Virus record (IMG/VR): IMGVR_UViG_3300050343_000265
Span: 1-64,000 of that record
Reading direction: 5' to 3' (one strand)
Origin: a virus
Length of the DNA: 64,000 nt
Both the position numbers and the translations under genes were made by a program. The notes beneath the pieces are model-generated. The model did no database searches, was not told the origin of the DNA, and worked only from the letters and a program-made list of their open reading frames with translations. Positions 47,176 through 56,852 of this stretch are shown piece after piece; the first letter of the stretch is position 1; every line of letters starts with the position of its first letter.

Positions 47176-48936
47176 ATGGGCAAGAAGAACAAAGGTGGAA
47201 ATAAAGGCGGTGGGAGAAAGGGAGGCTCATCACCTAAGCCATCACCTAAGCCGTCACGGAGTCCTTCACCTAAGCCGTCACCTAAGCCGTCACGTAGTCC
47301 ATCACGCAATCCTTCACCGAGTCCTTCACGCAATCCTTCACCAAGCCCAGCACCAGCTAGGCAGCAAGCTAAAGCAGTAGCTCAAATGAGCGTTAAAGAT
47401 CGTAGGGCAGGTGCAAAAGCTGCTGGTGTAACTCTTAAGGACTTTAAACAAGGCAACACTGGATCAAAGGCTGTAGCAAGAAAAACTGCTCAAGTAAATA
47501 AAAATACTGGCGGTGGAAATACTGGCGGTGGAAATACTGGCGGTGGAAATACTGGCGGTGGATCTAGTATTAATTACAACCCCGCTGCTCGTGGAGGAGC
47601 AGCATTTGGCAATGAAGATTATAATCATTTAAAATCTCAAGGCCATAATGATCAGCAGATTAATAGCTATCTTGGTACATTAAACAACAGTCAAGTATCA
47701 AATAAATATAAAGCACAAGGGGGATTTACTCCTAATCCTACGAACACATCTACAGGCGGCGGCATAGACTATTCAGATAAATACGACACTAGTAGTCCTA
47801 ATTTTCACAGTAGTTATAAATCATTGATGGGTAATTATGATCCTGCATCACGTGGAGGAGCAGCATTTGGCAATGAAGATTATGACTACTTAAGATCTCA
47901 AGGACATACTGAAAGCAGTATTAATTCGTATCTTGGCGAATTAGATACTTCACAAGTATCTAATAAATATAAAACCAGAGGTGGTCATACACCTAATGCC
48001 AGTATAAATAGTGGTAGAGACAGTAGTGATGGTCTGTATCAAGATAGATATTCCGTAGGTAAAGGCGGCGAAGATGATAAAGGTGATATGTATTTAAGCC
48101 AAGGCGCTCTTGGAAATATAAATAGTTATTTTAATATTTCAGGTAATACACAAGAAGACGTTGTAAATAGTTGGAATGCAAATGATTTTGAAAGGTCATA
48201 CACTTCTTGGAAAGATACAGGGAATAGTGAAGTAGGAAAAGGGCACGGTGGATATGCTGGCGATGTTTTAAAAATGATTGATCAAAATAATTTTAAAGTT
48301 ACTGACGAGCAGTATAATCGTCTTGTTAATGACGCTAAAAATCATAACTGGAACTCTCAAATGTCGTCGGATGGTACGCAGGCTGGCAGGTCACACGCAG
48401 ACTTTGATGCAAGTGGTATGTATGACGCCAGACTTGGTGGGACGATGGAAAGTCAAGGCAATATGAATGATGTAACAGGCGCAAAATATGCTGATTGGAC
48501 TAACTCAGAATACTATAGTGGTGCATCTGTAGACGCAAGGAACAACAGAAGGCAGCAAGTTAATGACTCTATGGATGCAGCTGCTTTTCAGAAAAGTCTG
48601 CACGGGGGAAACGCAGATGTTTCTCATATGCATCGTGAGATGGAGCAATACAAACCAGCAGGTTTTCAGTATGACCCGTGGAGTGGAGCCACAAATCAAC
48701 AAACAATGGGGGATAATAACTTCCAAAACTTTGGAAGTCAGGAGTCAGACTTTGAAGCTCCGACTCAAGCTGCTAGTAATTTTGACATGCCTAATGTTCA
48801 ACAAAGTATGGGGCCACAGTATCAAGGCTGGCAGGAACAGATGGGGAATGCAACCCAAAGTCCATATACTTCTAGAAGTAAGTCTAGTAATATGAACTTT
48901 AATTTTAACCCCTACAAATTTCAGCAAGGGCAGTAG
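47176..48936 (+). CDS. Low-complexity protein (SP repeats, GGGNT x4, duplicated ~55-aa domain)
   Basis: Y[ND]PA[AS]RGGAAFGNEDY occurs twice. Confidence 0.8.
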   Translation: MGKKNKGGNKGGGRKGGSSPKPSPKPSRSPSPKPSPKPSRSPSRNPSPSPSRNPSPSPAPARQQAKAVAQMSVKDRRAGAKAAGVTLKDFKQGNTGSKAVARKTAQVNKNTGGGNTGGGNTGGGNTGGGSSINYNPAARGGAAFGNEDYNHLKSQGHNDQQINSYLGTLNNSQVSNKYKAQGGFTPNPTNTSTGGGIDYSDKYDTSSPNFHSSYKSLMGNYDPASRGGAAFGNEDYDYLRSQGHTESSINSYLGELDTSQVSNKYKTRGGHTPNASINSGRDSSDGLYQDRYSVGKGGEDDKGDMYLSQGALGNINSYFNISGNTQEDVVNSWNANDFERSYTSWKDTGNSEVGKGHGGYAGDVLKMIDQNNFKVTDEQYNRLVNDAKNHNWNSQMSSDGTQAGRSHADFDASGMYDARLGGTMESQGNMNDVTGAKYADWTNSEYYSGASVDARNNRRQQVNDSMDAAAFQKSLHGGNADVSHMHREMEQYKPAGFQYDPWSGATNQQTMGDNNFQNFGSQESDFEAPTQAASNFDMPNVQQSMGPQYQGWQEQMGNATQSPYTSRSKSSNMNFNFNPYKFQQGQ

Positions 48937-49122
48937 TTATTTAGATTTACGTCCAAAGTCAAATTCAAATATAGCTCCTTGTAGAAATGGCTTAAGACAG
49001 AAGAGTTCTTCTTGATCCATTTCTCCTTGACCAGTCCATTTTTCTAATGTATATGACACAGCTGAATGGAGCGCACGAATAGCGCGCTCATCAAATACAC
49101 ATGAGACTGATGGTTCATCCAT
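48937..49122 (-). CDS. Hypothetical protein
   Basis: ORF. Confidence 0.6.
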   Translation of the reverse strand: MDEPSVSCVFDERAIRALHSAVSYTLEKWTGQGEMDQEELFCLKPFLQGAIFEFDFGRKSK

Positions 49123-49136
49123 AGATAATATTATAT

Positions 49137-50441
49137 CTAGTGAGTAGCAGCCCAGTTTTCACCATGATCAGCTGATGCAGCCATAGGTACTCGCAGGTTG
49201 TAGTACTTACCAGCCTCAGGTGCTGCTGCTTCTAACAACCGTTTCATTCGATCAACCTCAGCAGGTACTACAGACATCTGAACTTCATCGTGTACGTAAG
49301 CGCAGCGAGTGTAGTCACGGTCATAGGTAAGTCCCGCATCGTCTAACATCTGCTGTCCAATTACCACCCATCGCTTGGAGATGATTGCTCCGGCAGACTG
49401 AAGTAAGAAGTTGGGACTACTGTGCTCAGCACGACAGAATATAGGACGCCCATCAAGGCCCCTAAGACGACCAGTTGAGCGAACTTTAAGTTTAACTGCA
49501 TCTACTAATGGCTCCAATCCAGGGATAGCGTCAAGGAATTTGCGGCGGAGTTCACCGCCAAGTGTTTTCTTCTGTGCATCTGATAGCTCAGGCTGCAGAC
49601 TATGGCCAAGCTTTACATCACCTGCTCCATAAATGAATGCGTAGGTCAGCGTCTTGACTTGTGTACGTGTACATCCCACACGATCAGCATTTTGCTGGTG
49701 AATGTCACCGTTGACGACAACTTCAGCGAAGGAGCCCTGGTCAAAGGCGGCCAAGTAGTGCCCTAATAGGCGTAATTCCAGGCCTTCAAGGTCAGCTCCG
49801 ACCATTACATGACCAGGGTGAGGTACAAATAGTTCACGTGCCCATGGTGCAGATACAACCTGGCCCAAGTTGGGACCACGATGAATATTTCTAGATGTTT
49901 GAGTAGCAAGAATGCAGCTGTGGTGGATACAACCATCGTCTTCCATAGAGTTGAACCATGAATTGGTTCCCTCCGACAGCTGACCTAACCACTTCTGCAA
50001 GGTCAACAAACGAATAAACATCTCACATTCGTCATGCAGTTTTTGGTTACCAGCAGACAATGCAATGTCTCTTACTTCAGAGAGAGTTGCCTCATCAACT
50101 TTTGGCTTACCAGTCTCAGTAACTTTAGTGAAGCGTGCACCACGGAATGTTTGCAAAGCCCAAACAATATTTAGGCGTGACGTAGGGTTAAAGTCAGTCA
50201 AGCGCGTCATAGAAGCACCTGCTACATAGCCTTTCTTTTTATCAGCACGCTTTGGAGTAAATACTTTACCAGGTACGTACAGATAAATTGATTTGATTTT
50301 ATCTGTTAAATCATCAAACTCTTGCTGCAGTTTCGTACGTACACGTACAGCAGCCTCAGTGTCAAATCTAAATCCACTTGCTTCCTGCTGAGCCATAAGC
50401 TCGGCCATCCGCATTTCAAGAGCAACGTAATCAGGCATCAT
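49137..50441 (-). CDS. polA: DNA polymerase family A, polymerase domain only
   Basis: Motif A DLEGLELR, motif B KTLTYAFIYG, motif C HDE. Confidence 0.95.
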   Translation of the reverse strand: MMPDYVALEMRMAELMAQQEASGFRFDTEAAVRVRTKLQQEFDDLTDKIKSIYLYVPGKVFTPKRADKKKGYVAGASMTRLTDFNPTSRLNIVWALQTFRGARFTKVTETGKPKVDEATLSEVRDIALSAGNQKLHDECEMFIRLLTLQKWLGQLSEGTNSWFNSMEDDGCIHHSCILATQTSRNIHRGPNLGQVVSAPWARELFVPHPGHVMVGADLEGLELRLLGHYLAAFDQGSFAEVVVNGDIHQQNADRVGCTRTQVKTLTYAFIYGAGDVKLGHSLQPELSDAQKKTLGGELRRKFLDAIPGLEPLVDAVKLKVRSTGRLRGLDGRPIFCRAEHSSPNFLLQSAGAIISKRWVVIGQQMLDDAGLTYDRDYTRCAYVHDEVQMSVVPAEVDRMKRLLEAAAPEAGKYYNLRVPMAASADHGENWAATH

Positions 50442-50670
50442 TATTTTTTAGCTGGTTGAATCCAAAGTTGAGATCTTTCTCTTTAGCCGCCCTGTCTGCT
50501 CGATTCTTATGACCAAGCTTTGCTACAGACTCCATAACCTTTAAGCAGTCCTCTGTAGTAGCTCCTTCTGGCATACGCGAGTGAACGATATTAAATAGCG
50601 GAAAGAAAATCTCCGCTGCCTCTGTCATTTCTTCAGAGTTGAGTGGATCTGATTTCTTAGGAATAGTCAT
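50431..50670 (-). CDS. Hypothetical protein between the PolA halves
   Basis: AGGAG RBS; overlaps both neighbours. Confidence 0.7.
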   Translation of the reverse strand: MTIPKKSDPLNSEEMTEAAEIFFPLFNIVHSRMPEGATTEDCLKVMESVAKLGHKNRADRAAKEKDLNFGFNQLKNNDA

Positions 50671-51187
50671 TCATTCTCCTTTGCAATAGTTCGTATAGCT
50701 TTACTGTTACTTTTGTATCTTGGATGCAATAGTCAAGCATCTCAGGAGTGTAAGTAGACCAGTCATTACTGGTGTTCTTAGCAAAGTCTCCTTTGAAGCA
50801 CTTTAATCTATAGCCCCATGCCTCTAGGCTATGTGAGCCGTAGAGCCTTTGTGGCATTCCAATAGGTCTTCTTTCATAATCTCGCTCACTAATGTGAGGA
50901 TAATACAAGCGAGACAGAGTAAGTGTGTCAAGGTAAGAACCTCTTGGTGCAAACTCTGGAAACTGTTCTTTAAGAAGTGGTACATCGTATCCCAGAATAT
51001 TGTGGCCAATAAGAACATCAGCACGCTCAAGGGCTTTTACACCTTGAATGACTGCACGTTCTGGTTTGCAGTCAAAAACTTCTGCTTCTTCTACATTAGC
51101 GATATCACGAATCACAATACAGTGAATTGTAGAACCGACACGCAGTAAGCCAGTACTTTCAATATCAAATAATAGTTCAGTTGTCAT
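50657..51187 (-). CDS. Stand-alone 3'-5' exonuclease domain of a T7-like PolA
   Basis: DIES, HNILGYD, SLEAWGYRL, YCIQD. Confidence 0.93.
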   Translation of the reverse strand: MTTELLFDIESTGLLRVGSTIHCIVIRDIANVEEAEVFDCKPERAVIQGVKALERADVLIGHNILGYDVPLLKEQFPEFAPRGSYLDTLTLSRLYYPHISERDYERRPIGMPQRLYGSHSLEAWGYRLKCFKGDFAKNTSNDWSTYTPEMLDYCIQDTKVTVKLYELLQRRMNDYS

Positions 51188-51707
51188 AGATGGTTTCTAC
51201 CGCTGGTTTGTCTGGGGATGGGTCTGGATATAATTTTTTATCAATTTTACGATTGGCATGTTTGTTGACTGAGAGCCTCGGGTCTTCGTCTTCGAAGTGA
51301 GGTTCAATAGCAATGTCTAATTCGCGTGCTAGGCGTGCAGCTCTACGGAATTCATCCTTGTAGTAGGGCTCCCAGTCAGATGCAAGAACAACAATCTTTC
51401 GAATACCCATGATGTGTGCTTGAAAGACAGAGGCAGAAAAGGGATATCGCGTTGAGTAAATAGTTGCACCAGTCATAGGTGTGCCTCGCTTGCATGCGCC
51501 AGCAATGGCATAGCAAACGGGATCAATCTCTACCTGAGAGTCAGTTAGCAACGAGCGTCCATCGCCCATGATCTCTCGATCACGCACAATTACACACCCG
51601 CCAGGGCATGACGGATGAGTTGAGGCAGCTCCAACAGCTTTAGCAATATCAATAAAATGTTGCTCCTTATTTTTTATATAAGTGGGATCACCTTTAGGTG
51701 CTGTCAT
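51177..51707 (-). CDS. dCMP deaminase homologue lacking Zn ligands
   Basis: GCVIV, GATIYST, GIRKIV present; HAE and PCxxC replaced. Confidence 0.8.
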   Translation of the reverse strand: MTAPKGDPTYIKNKEQHFIDIAKAVGAASTHPSCPGGCVIVRDREIMGDGRSLLTDSQVEIDPVCYAIAGACKRGTPMTGATIYSTRYPFSASVFQAHIMGIRKIVVLASDWEPYYKDEFRRAARLARELDIAIEPHFEDEDPRLSVNKHANRKIDKKLYPDPSPDKPAVETIYDN

Positions 51708-51765
51708 ATCACATTTGGGAGTGGTTACTCTTATATTAGGTAGTGAAACACATGATTGCGGATAC

Positions 51766-52086
51766 ATGGATTACATCAAATTCACTAAAGACATGGAAGA
51801 ATATAATGATTGGAATCGTCTCGATGGACCGCACTCAGTAAACGATGCGTGGTTAGATTTTGGTACGACTGATCGTGTGCATAGCCCAAGCCATTACACA
51901 TCAGGTAAGCAGGAAGTGATTGATGTTATCGAAGACACAATCAAGAATGCACCTGACGTGACGCAAGGAATGCTTCAAGGACAAGTGATGAAATATCTGA
52001 TGCGACTATGGCTTAAGGACAACCCAGCTGAAGATGCTAAGAAAGCACGGTGGTATCTCGATCGCCTGATTAGCAAGATGAGTTAG
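51766..52086 (+). CDS. DUF3310 protein
   Basis: VHSPSHY..EVIDVI..KY..R..EDAKKARWYL. Confidence 0.88.
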   Translation: MDYIKFTKDMEEYNDWNRLDGPHSVNDAWLDFGTTDRVHSPSHYTSGKQEVIDVIEDTIKNAPDVTQGMLQGQVMKYLMRLWLKDNPAEDAKKARWYLDRLISKMS

Positions 52087-52496
52087 CACCTTACAAATCT
52101 GAATAAACCATTTTCACAAGTAAGAGTCTCATGCTCTTGCTTGTGCTCTAGTAGTTTGTTGAAGATATGATCAGAAGCAATAGAAGTGTGCTTGAACTCA
52201 ACTGTAATGCCTTGATCAAACCCTGGCAACTCTGGGTCATACCATTTAACAGGACGTAAATATTCCCATGGGTCCAAGCCCTGAGAGACCCATGCATTCA
52301 ACTCTTCTAATCGTTGTGCAGTCTTAATGATATGAGCTTCGTGAGCAATTTCAATAGGCAAGGACTTGAATTCATTATTGCTTAGCAATGCATGCTTCCA
52401 CATCAATGAACCATCCTTGTGGATCAAACGACATGGATGAACACGACTGCCAGATGGCATTGTATAGAAAGCTTCAGGAGATATATGCCTACTCAT
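52083..52496 (-). CDS. Degenerate peptidase M15A-like protein
   Basis: IIKTAQRLEE..WYDP..GITVEF; SxH..D absent. Confidence 0.5.
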   Translation of the reverse strand: MSRHISPEAFYTMPSGSRVHPCRLIHKDGSLMWKHALLSNNEFKSLPIEIAHEAHIIKTAQRLEELNAWVSQGLDPWEYLRPVKWYDPELPGFDQGITVEFKHTSIASDHIFNKLLEHKQEHETLTCENGLFRFVRC

Positions 52497-53167
52497 TACA
52501 CGTCTCCCCTGTGCTCTTCGTAATGTTCTAGGTCTTTGAACCAGTTATCACCAGCATACTCATTGTATATAATCCTACCGATGTCACGGAAGGTGTTATG
52601 GAATAAAGTGACCTTATCAATATCACTAATGGTTGCATCCAAAGGTGGGCCATAGATTAATACATTCCAGGTTGAAGGGCAAACTGATTCAAAGCCCTTA
52701 GAAGTAGCTCGAAGTTGTTTAATGCGACGAAAAGGAATACAAACAGGATAATCCCATATAACCGGAGTCGCTCTGACGATTTCTGATGCACTAGTAAAAA
52801 ATACAAAACTGTTTATATGGTTATTGCGATACTCATTAATAGTTTTGTTTAACCACACACGAGTGTTTCGCACTGCACCCTTAGGTGCTACCCAGACATT
52901 TCCATGCCAGTGTTCCTGGAGTGGGTTTGTCTCCAACGATGGAACAGACGTTGCATCTACCAATACCTGCTGAACAGGATCAGATGTTGGGTCATAGTCG
53001 ATAGAGCCCATGACTTGACGAGCTCTTTCGATTAATTGCGGCGTTGGATAAAGAGGTAGTTTTAAACCACTCTCTTTAAGCTTAGCTTGTAAATTCTGCT
53101 GCGAGCGCTCGGAAGCCTTCTTGGCTCCCACCTGCTTCGACTGCAAATGTTCTTGTTCCAGCATCAC
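52496..53167 (-). CDS. Phage N6-adenine methyltransferase homologue with altered catalytic motif
   Basis: YPTP..IDYDP..WHGNVWVAPKG in place of VWLNPPY. Confidence 0.72.
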   Translation of the reverse strand: MMLEQEHLQSKQVGAKKASERSQQNLQAKLKESGLKLPLYPTPQLIERARQVMGSIDYDPTSDPVQQVLVDATSVPSLETNPLQEHWHGNVWVAPKGAVRNTRVWLNKTINEYRNNHINSFVFFTSASEIVRATPVIWDYPVCIPFRRIKQLRATSKGFESVCPSTWNVLIYGPPLDATISDIDKVTLFHNTFRDIGRIIYNEYAGDNWFKDLEHYEEHRGDV

Positions 53168-53504
53168 TGATCAAGGTAATTAGTACATTTTTTGACCAGT
53201 CATTCTCATCAATTTCTTCCAGCAGTTTACGCAGGAACTCAACTACATCGGTGTCTTCATTCGCTTCTGCAGCATTAATATCTGCTTCCAGTGAAGTGCC
53301 TGACATAAAAGTAGTAGAGTCGTTGCACAGATTAATTACCAGTGACCCTGCACCTTCTGCAAGCACTCCATTTGAAGCGATATTAATTAGATCAGTAAGA
53401 ATCAGTTCAGCAGTAGCAGCAAGAAACTTTTGCTCTTGCTCCTTCTCTTCTCCGAATTTGTCTGAATGAATTAATTGCTGAAGTAGATCTGTACGTCTAG
53501 ACAT
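53082..53504 (-). CDS. Acidic hypothetical protein
   Basis: ORF. Confidence 0.7.
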   Translation of the reverse strand: MSRRTDLLQQLIHSDKFGEEKEQEQKFLAATAELILTDLINIASNGVLAEGAGSLVINLCNDSTTFMSGTSLEADINAAEANEDTDVVEFLRKLLEEIDENDWSKNVLITLISDAGTRTFAVEAGGSQEGFRALAAEFTS

Positions 53505-53536
53505 AATGTAATGACTCTTTCAATAGGATAAGTTAA

Positions 53537-54352
53537 TTAAAACTCTGATGTGGGATCTTCATCATTAGTTTCGTGATCTTCTGGTTGTTCAAACAAGCCT
53601 GGAGAATCTGGTTTCGTCTGACTGATGTGACGTCCGTTAAGCATATCTACCATGACAGCTTCAAAACGTTCATCAAACATTGAGTTTGGATTAAGTATGA
53701 GATCTTCCCGTTGATCCAACCCTTCAGACATAGCAATCTTCTCCTGTTCTTTTACTGCTTGCTGGATCATATACTCAGCAATCTGTTGCCTTAGTGTATG
53801 CAACTCACATGCAAGTTCAAAACTTTCTAGATAGCTATCGTGGTCTACAAATACCCCAATATTTTGAGGAATAAGATGGAAGGGATTGCAACAATACTTG
53901 TTCCCACAAGTAGTTTTAACACCAGTGAATCCAAGATCACCCCATGTAAACCACATCGCAACACGTTGAGGATGGTGCTGTGTCGATGATGAGATGCCAT
54001 GCCTTCTCCATGCAAATTGAGGTTGCTTAGTTCTTTTATTTATGCATCCGTTCCATTCCCAGCATTCATCTGGATCAGCCATGTCTACTAATGACCAGAA
54101 CCTAAGAGCTTTTACTCGATTCTTTTTTAGTAACTTTGATATATCAAAGGACATTCGCCCTTCACGTGCACCGGCTACGCAGCGAACACAAGCCTGGTGG
54201 CTGTCATAGCGCATGCTGTGGGAAGAGAATCTCCCAAGGGAATGTCCTGAGTAAAGGCAAAGCTCTCCCTCCTCAGCTGTATTAGACATCTGTTTGACGC
54301 GCCTGCCATAAGCATGACCGCCAACTTTTTTAGAAGGTTGAGCCTCAGCCAT
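53537..54352 (-). CDS. HNH (zinc-loop) endonuclease homologue lacking catalytic His
   Basis: ECWEWNG..PQR..KTTCGNKYCCNPFHL. Confidence 0.75.
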   Translation of the reverse strand: MAEAQPSKKVGGHAYGRRVKQMSNTAEEGELCLYSGHSLGRFSSHSMRYDSHQACVRCVAGAREGRMSFDISKLLKKNRVKALRFWSLVDMADPDECWEWNGCINKRTKQPQFAWRRHGISSSTQHHPQRVAMWFTWGDLGFTGVKTTCGNKYCCNPFHLIPQNIGVFVDHDSYLESFELACELHTLRQQIAEYMIQQAVKEQEKIAMSEGLDQREDLILNPNSMFDERFEAVMVDMLNGRHISQTKPDSPGLFEQPEDHETNDEDPTSEF

Positions 54353-54588
54353 TAGAAAGATCCCTCAGGTTTTACATATGTCCCACCATGAGGTGGGTAT
54401 TGATCTTCAGTGTCGAGTGATTCGAGTTGATTATTAATCATGTACTCGTAACGAGTGGAGTTCTCGTATTTGATTCGAACTAATTTTGAGCTTGGGGTGT
54501 AATACTCTGGTCGTCCAACAACCAAAGCATTCATCCCATTAGTTTGCACACGGACACGCAGCCCAATTTTGATATCGGAAGCAAGCAT
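54352..54588 (-). CDS. Small SH3-like beta protein
   Basis: IKIGLRVRV..LVRIKY pattern. Confidence 0.6.
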   Translation of the reverse strand: MLASDIKIGLRVRVQTNGMNALVVGRPEYYTPSSKLVRIKYENSTRYEYMINNQLESLDTEDQYPPHGGTYVKPEGSF

Positions 54589-54617
54589 ATTAATACCTTA
54601 TATATTGTTTAGTTTAA

Positions 54618-56852
54618 TTAGAAGTCGTTCAAGATATGGGATTCATCTAAAGGATCATCCTTTGGACGTTGCCAAATACGAATCGATTTAGATTTACCAT
54701 TAGCGTCTTTCCTGCTTGTTACCAAACGACGCCACCCCATTGACTGAAGTACATCAGCAACACGGCGTCCTTCACGACGTGACTGGTTGCGAGGGTCAAG
54801 CTCCAGTGCATGTGTAAGCACATCGGCTGCAGTGACCTCTTGCTTGATTGAAACGTAAGCTCCAATCTTGTCTAACCAAGGATCTGGATCACCAAACTCT
54901 TGGATGTATTCCGAGATTGCAGCAATCTCACCACTGTTGAATTCATATCCAACGCCGCTACGGTAAGCATGTACCGCCGCTGCCCATAGACTATCTCGTT
55001 CTTGCTCTAATTGCTTCCAAGGAATCTGAAATCCTCCTGCAATTTCTAGTGGAACGAATCGTCTATTGCCAGTACTGTCAACAAGAAATTGATTCCTATT
55101 GGTAGTACCAATCATCACAAAGCGACGTGGCAACTTCGATGGGAGTGATGCATATGGATAACGAACCTCATCTACCCGACTTGTGATTAGGTTCTTAAAG
55201 TTCTCAATGTTCCTGACATTGAAGTAGTTATCAATCTCAGGTAGCTCAAGCAGCCATGCCATATGCAGGCGGTACTGCTCTTTCATCAGAGTCTCCAAGG
55301 GAATGGTGATCTCTGCGAACAGGGCATCAGGTACCAAGTTCCTTGCGAACATGGACTTACCTACACCCTGAGCACCCACAAGAATGGGTAGCCAGGACAT
55401 GGATGCACCTGGGTTGTAGGCACGAGCTACTGCACCAATCATCATGCGTTGCATGGCAAGAGTTGCTAGCTGATGCTTGTTACCTAGGAAGACTTCTCCA
55501 ATACGGTCCCAATCTTTATGTGGGATCGCATGTGCTGCACAACTATCGAGGTACCGAGTGATCGGGCAGTAACCGTTTTTACCTGCTGCGTACTGAATAG
55601 CTGACTTGATACGCGGCTCAGGAATGAAGACCCCGTACTCACAAGCAAGCTTGGTAGTCATGATGTCTAGGTCATTACCTTCGAGCTGAACAACTTTCCC
55701 GTTGGGGTCGTCATACTCAATGGCATTCGTAAGTCTGTTCTTACGTAGACCAGTCAAGATTGCTTTGACTTTATCTACGTCAGCCTCACGTTCTTTGGCA
55801 GCATCATCACTGCTTTTCTTTGGTCGTCCACGTTTGGCAACCTTTTTGGAATCCGGTAAGGGTTCCGGTTCAAACTGCATAGTTTCTCCTTTTGCTTGTC
55901 GTATAACCTCTTCAAAACTGACCAAAGGATCAGTCTCTGTATAACCAACTGCTCCACCAGATGCACCAAAGCGCACATCACGGGGAAGCTTACTAGTCCA
56001 ATTAGGATCTTGCTTTTTTGCAAGCGAATACAGTTTAGTATGCCCAGCATATTTGCCGAGACCTTTCCACTTAAACGCACGAATGTTTTCTTCTTTGTGA
56101 CCGTGGTGGCCACGAATGACCCAGTCAACCCAGTCATCAAATAGAACGCCACCTACGCCAGCACAAGCTGCCATGACAGGCACGTAGTAAGACTCGTACT
56201 CATCGTCATCAGATGGACGCAGGAACTCTCGAAGGAGCCACTGACATCGTCTTACGTCAATATCCTCACAGTCTGAATGTACAAACTCTGTAGGTTCGTC
56301 GTAATCAATGTCAGTCAGTAGGAATTCAGGAACCAATGCACCATCATTAAGACGATGACGGGTAGCTGTATTGCCATACCAAAGGCGCTCAGGCTTTTGT
56401 CCGCAGTTATCTTTGAGATCATCGAGCTGCAGATCGGCAAGCAAACGGTTAACGATTAACCAGTAAGCACCACGATGCTGTCTAGAAGATTCAAGATCAA
56501 TTTCTAATGCAAAGATTGCACGGAATCTGTGCTCTTCTTCTGTGTGACTTGCAGAAGTATAAGTAGCAAGGCACCACTCTTTAGCAGTTGTGGTTTCCCA
56601 AAACTTATCAAGAGTAGTGTCGCCATCAAAGTCAATGACAATGATGTTGCTACCAGCTGCATTATCTGCACGCCTGTGTCGATCAATAAAATGAGTGGCG
56701 CACCAGCCGTAGCCATGCTCCACCCATCCAAGTAGCCAGTCAATGCTGACTAATACATTTGACCAACCACGAGCAACCAGTTGTGGGTTGCTTTTATTTT
56801 GGCAGTTCTTATTGACTGCTATCTTCAGTATCTTTTGCACTCTCCATCTCAT
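54618..56852 (-). CDS. Primase-helicase (prim-pol, PriCT-2-like, VapE/VirE P-loop ATPase)
   Basis: IDFD, YTSASH, HRFR; GAQGVGKS; GTTN..DSTGNRRF. Confidence 0.9.
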   Translation of the reverse strand: MRWRVQKILKIAVNKNCQNKSNPQLVARGWSNVLVSIDWLLGWVEHGYGWCATHFIDRHRRADNAAGSNIIVIDFDGDTTLDKFWETTTAKEWCLATYTSASHTEEEHRFRAIFALEIDLESSRQHRGAYWLIVNRLLADLQLDDLKDNCGQKPERLWYGNTATRHRLNDGALVPEFLLTDIDYDEPTEFVHSDCEDIDVRRCQWLLREFLRPSDDDEYESYYVPVMAACAGVGGVLFDDWVDWVIRGHHGHKEENIRAFKWKGLGKYAGHTKLYSLAKKQDPNWTSKLPRDVRFGASGGAVGYTETDPLVSFEEVIRQAKGETMQFEPEPLPDSKKVAKRGRPKKSSDDAAKEREADVDKVKAILTGLRKNRLTNAIEYDDPNGKVVQLEGNDLDIMTTKLACEYGVFIPEPRIKSAIQYAAGKNGYCPITRYLDSCAAHAIPHKDWDRIGEVFLGNKHQLATLAMQRMMIGAVARAYNPGASMSWLPILVGAQGVGKSMFARNLVPDALFAEITIPLETLMKEQYRLHMAWLLELPEIDNYFNVRNIENFKNLITSRVDEVRYPYASLPSKLPRRFVMIGTTNRNQFLVDSTGNRRFVPLEIAGGFQIPWKQLEQERDSLWAAAVHAYRSGVGYEFNSGEIAAISEYIQEFGDPDPWLDKIGAYVSIKQEVTAADVLTHALELDPRNQSRREGRRVADVLQSMGWRRLVTSRKDANGKSKSIRIWQRPKDDPLDESHILNDF

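Noticed and set aside
50431-50670. Intron or intein in polA
   Set aside because: No group I/II core or intein motifs; the insert is a coupled ORF with its own RBS.
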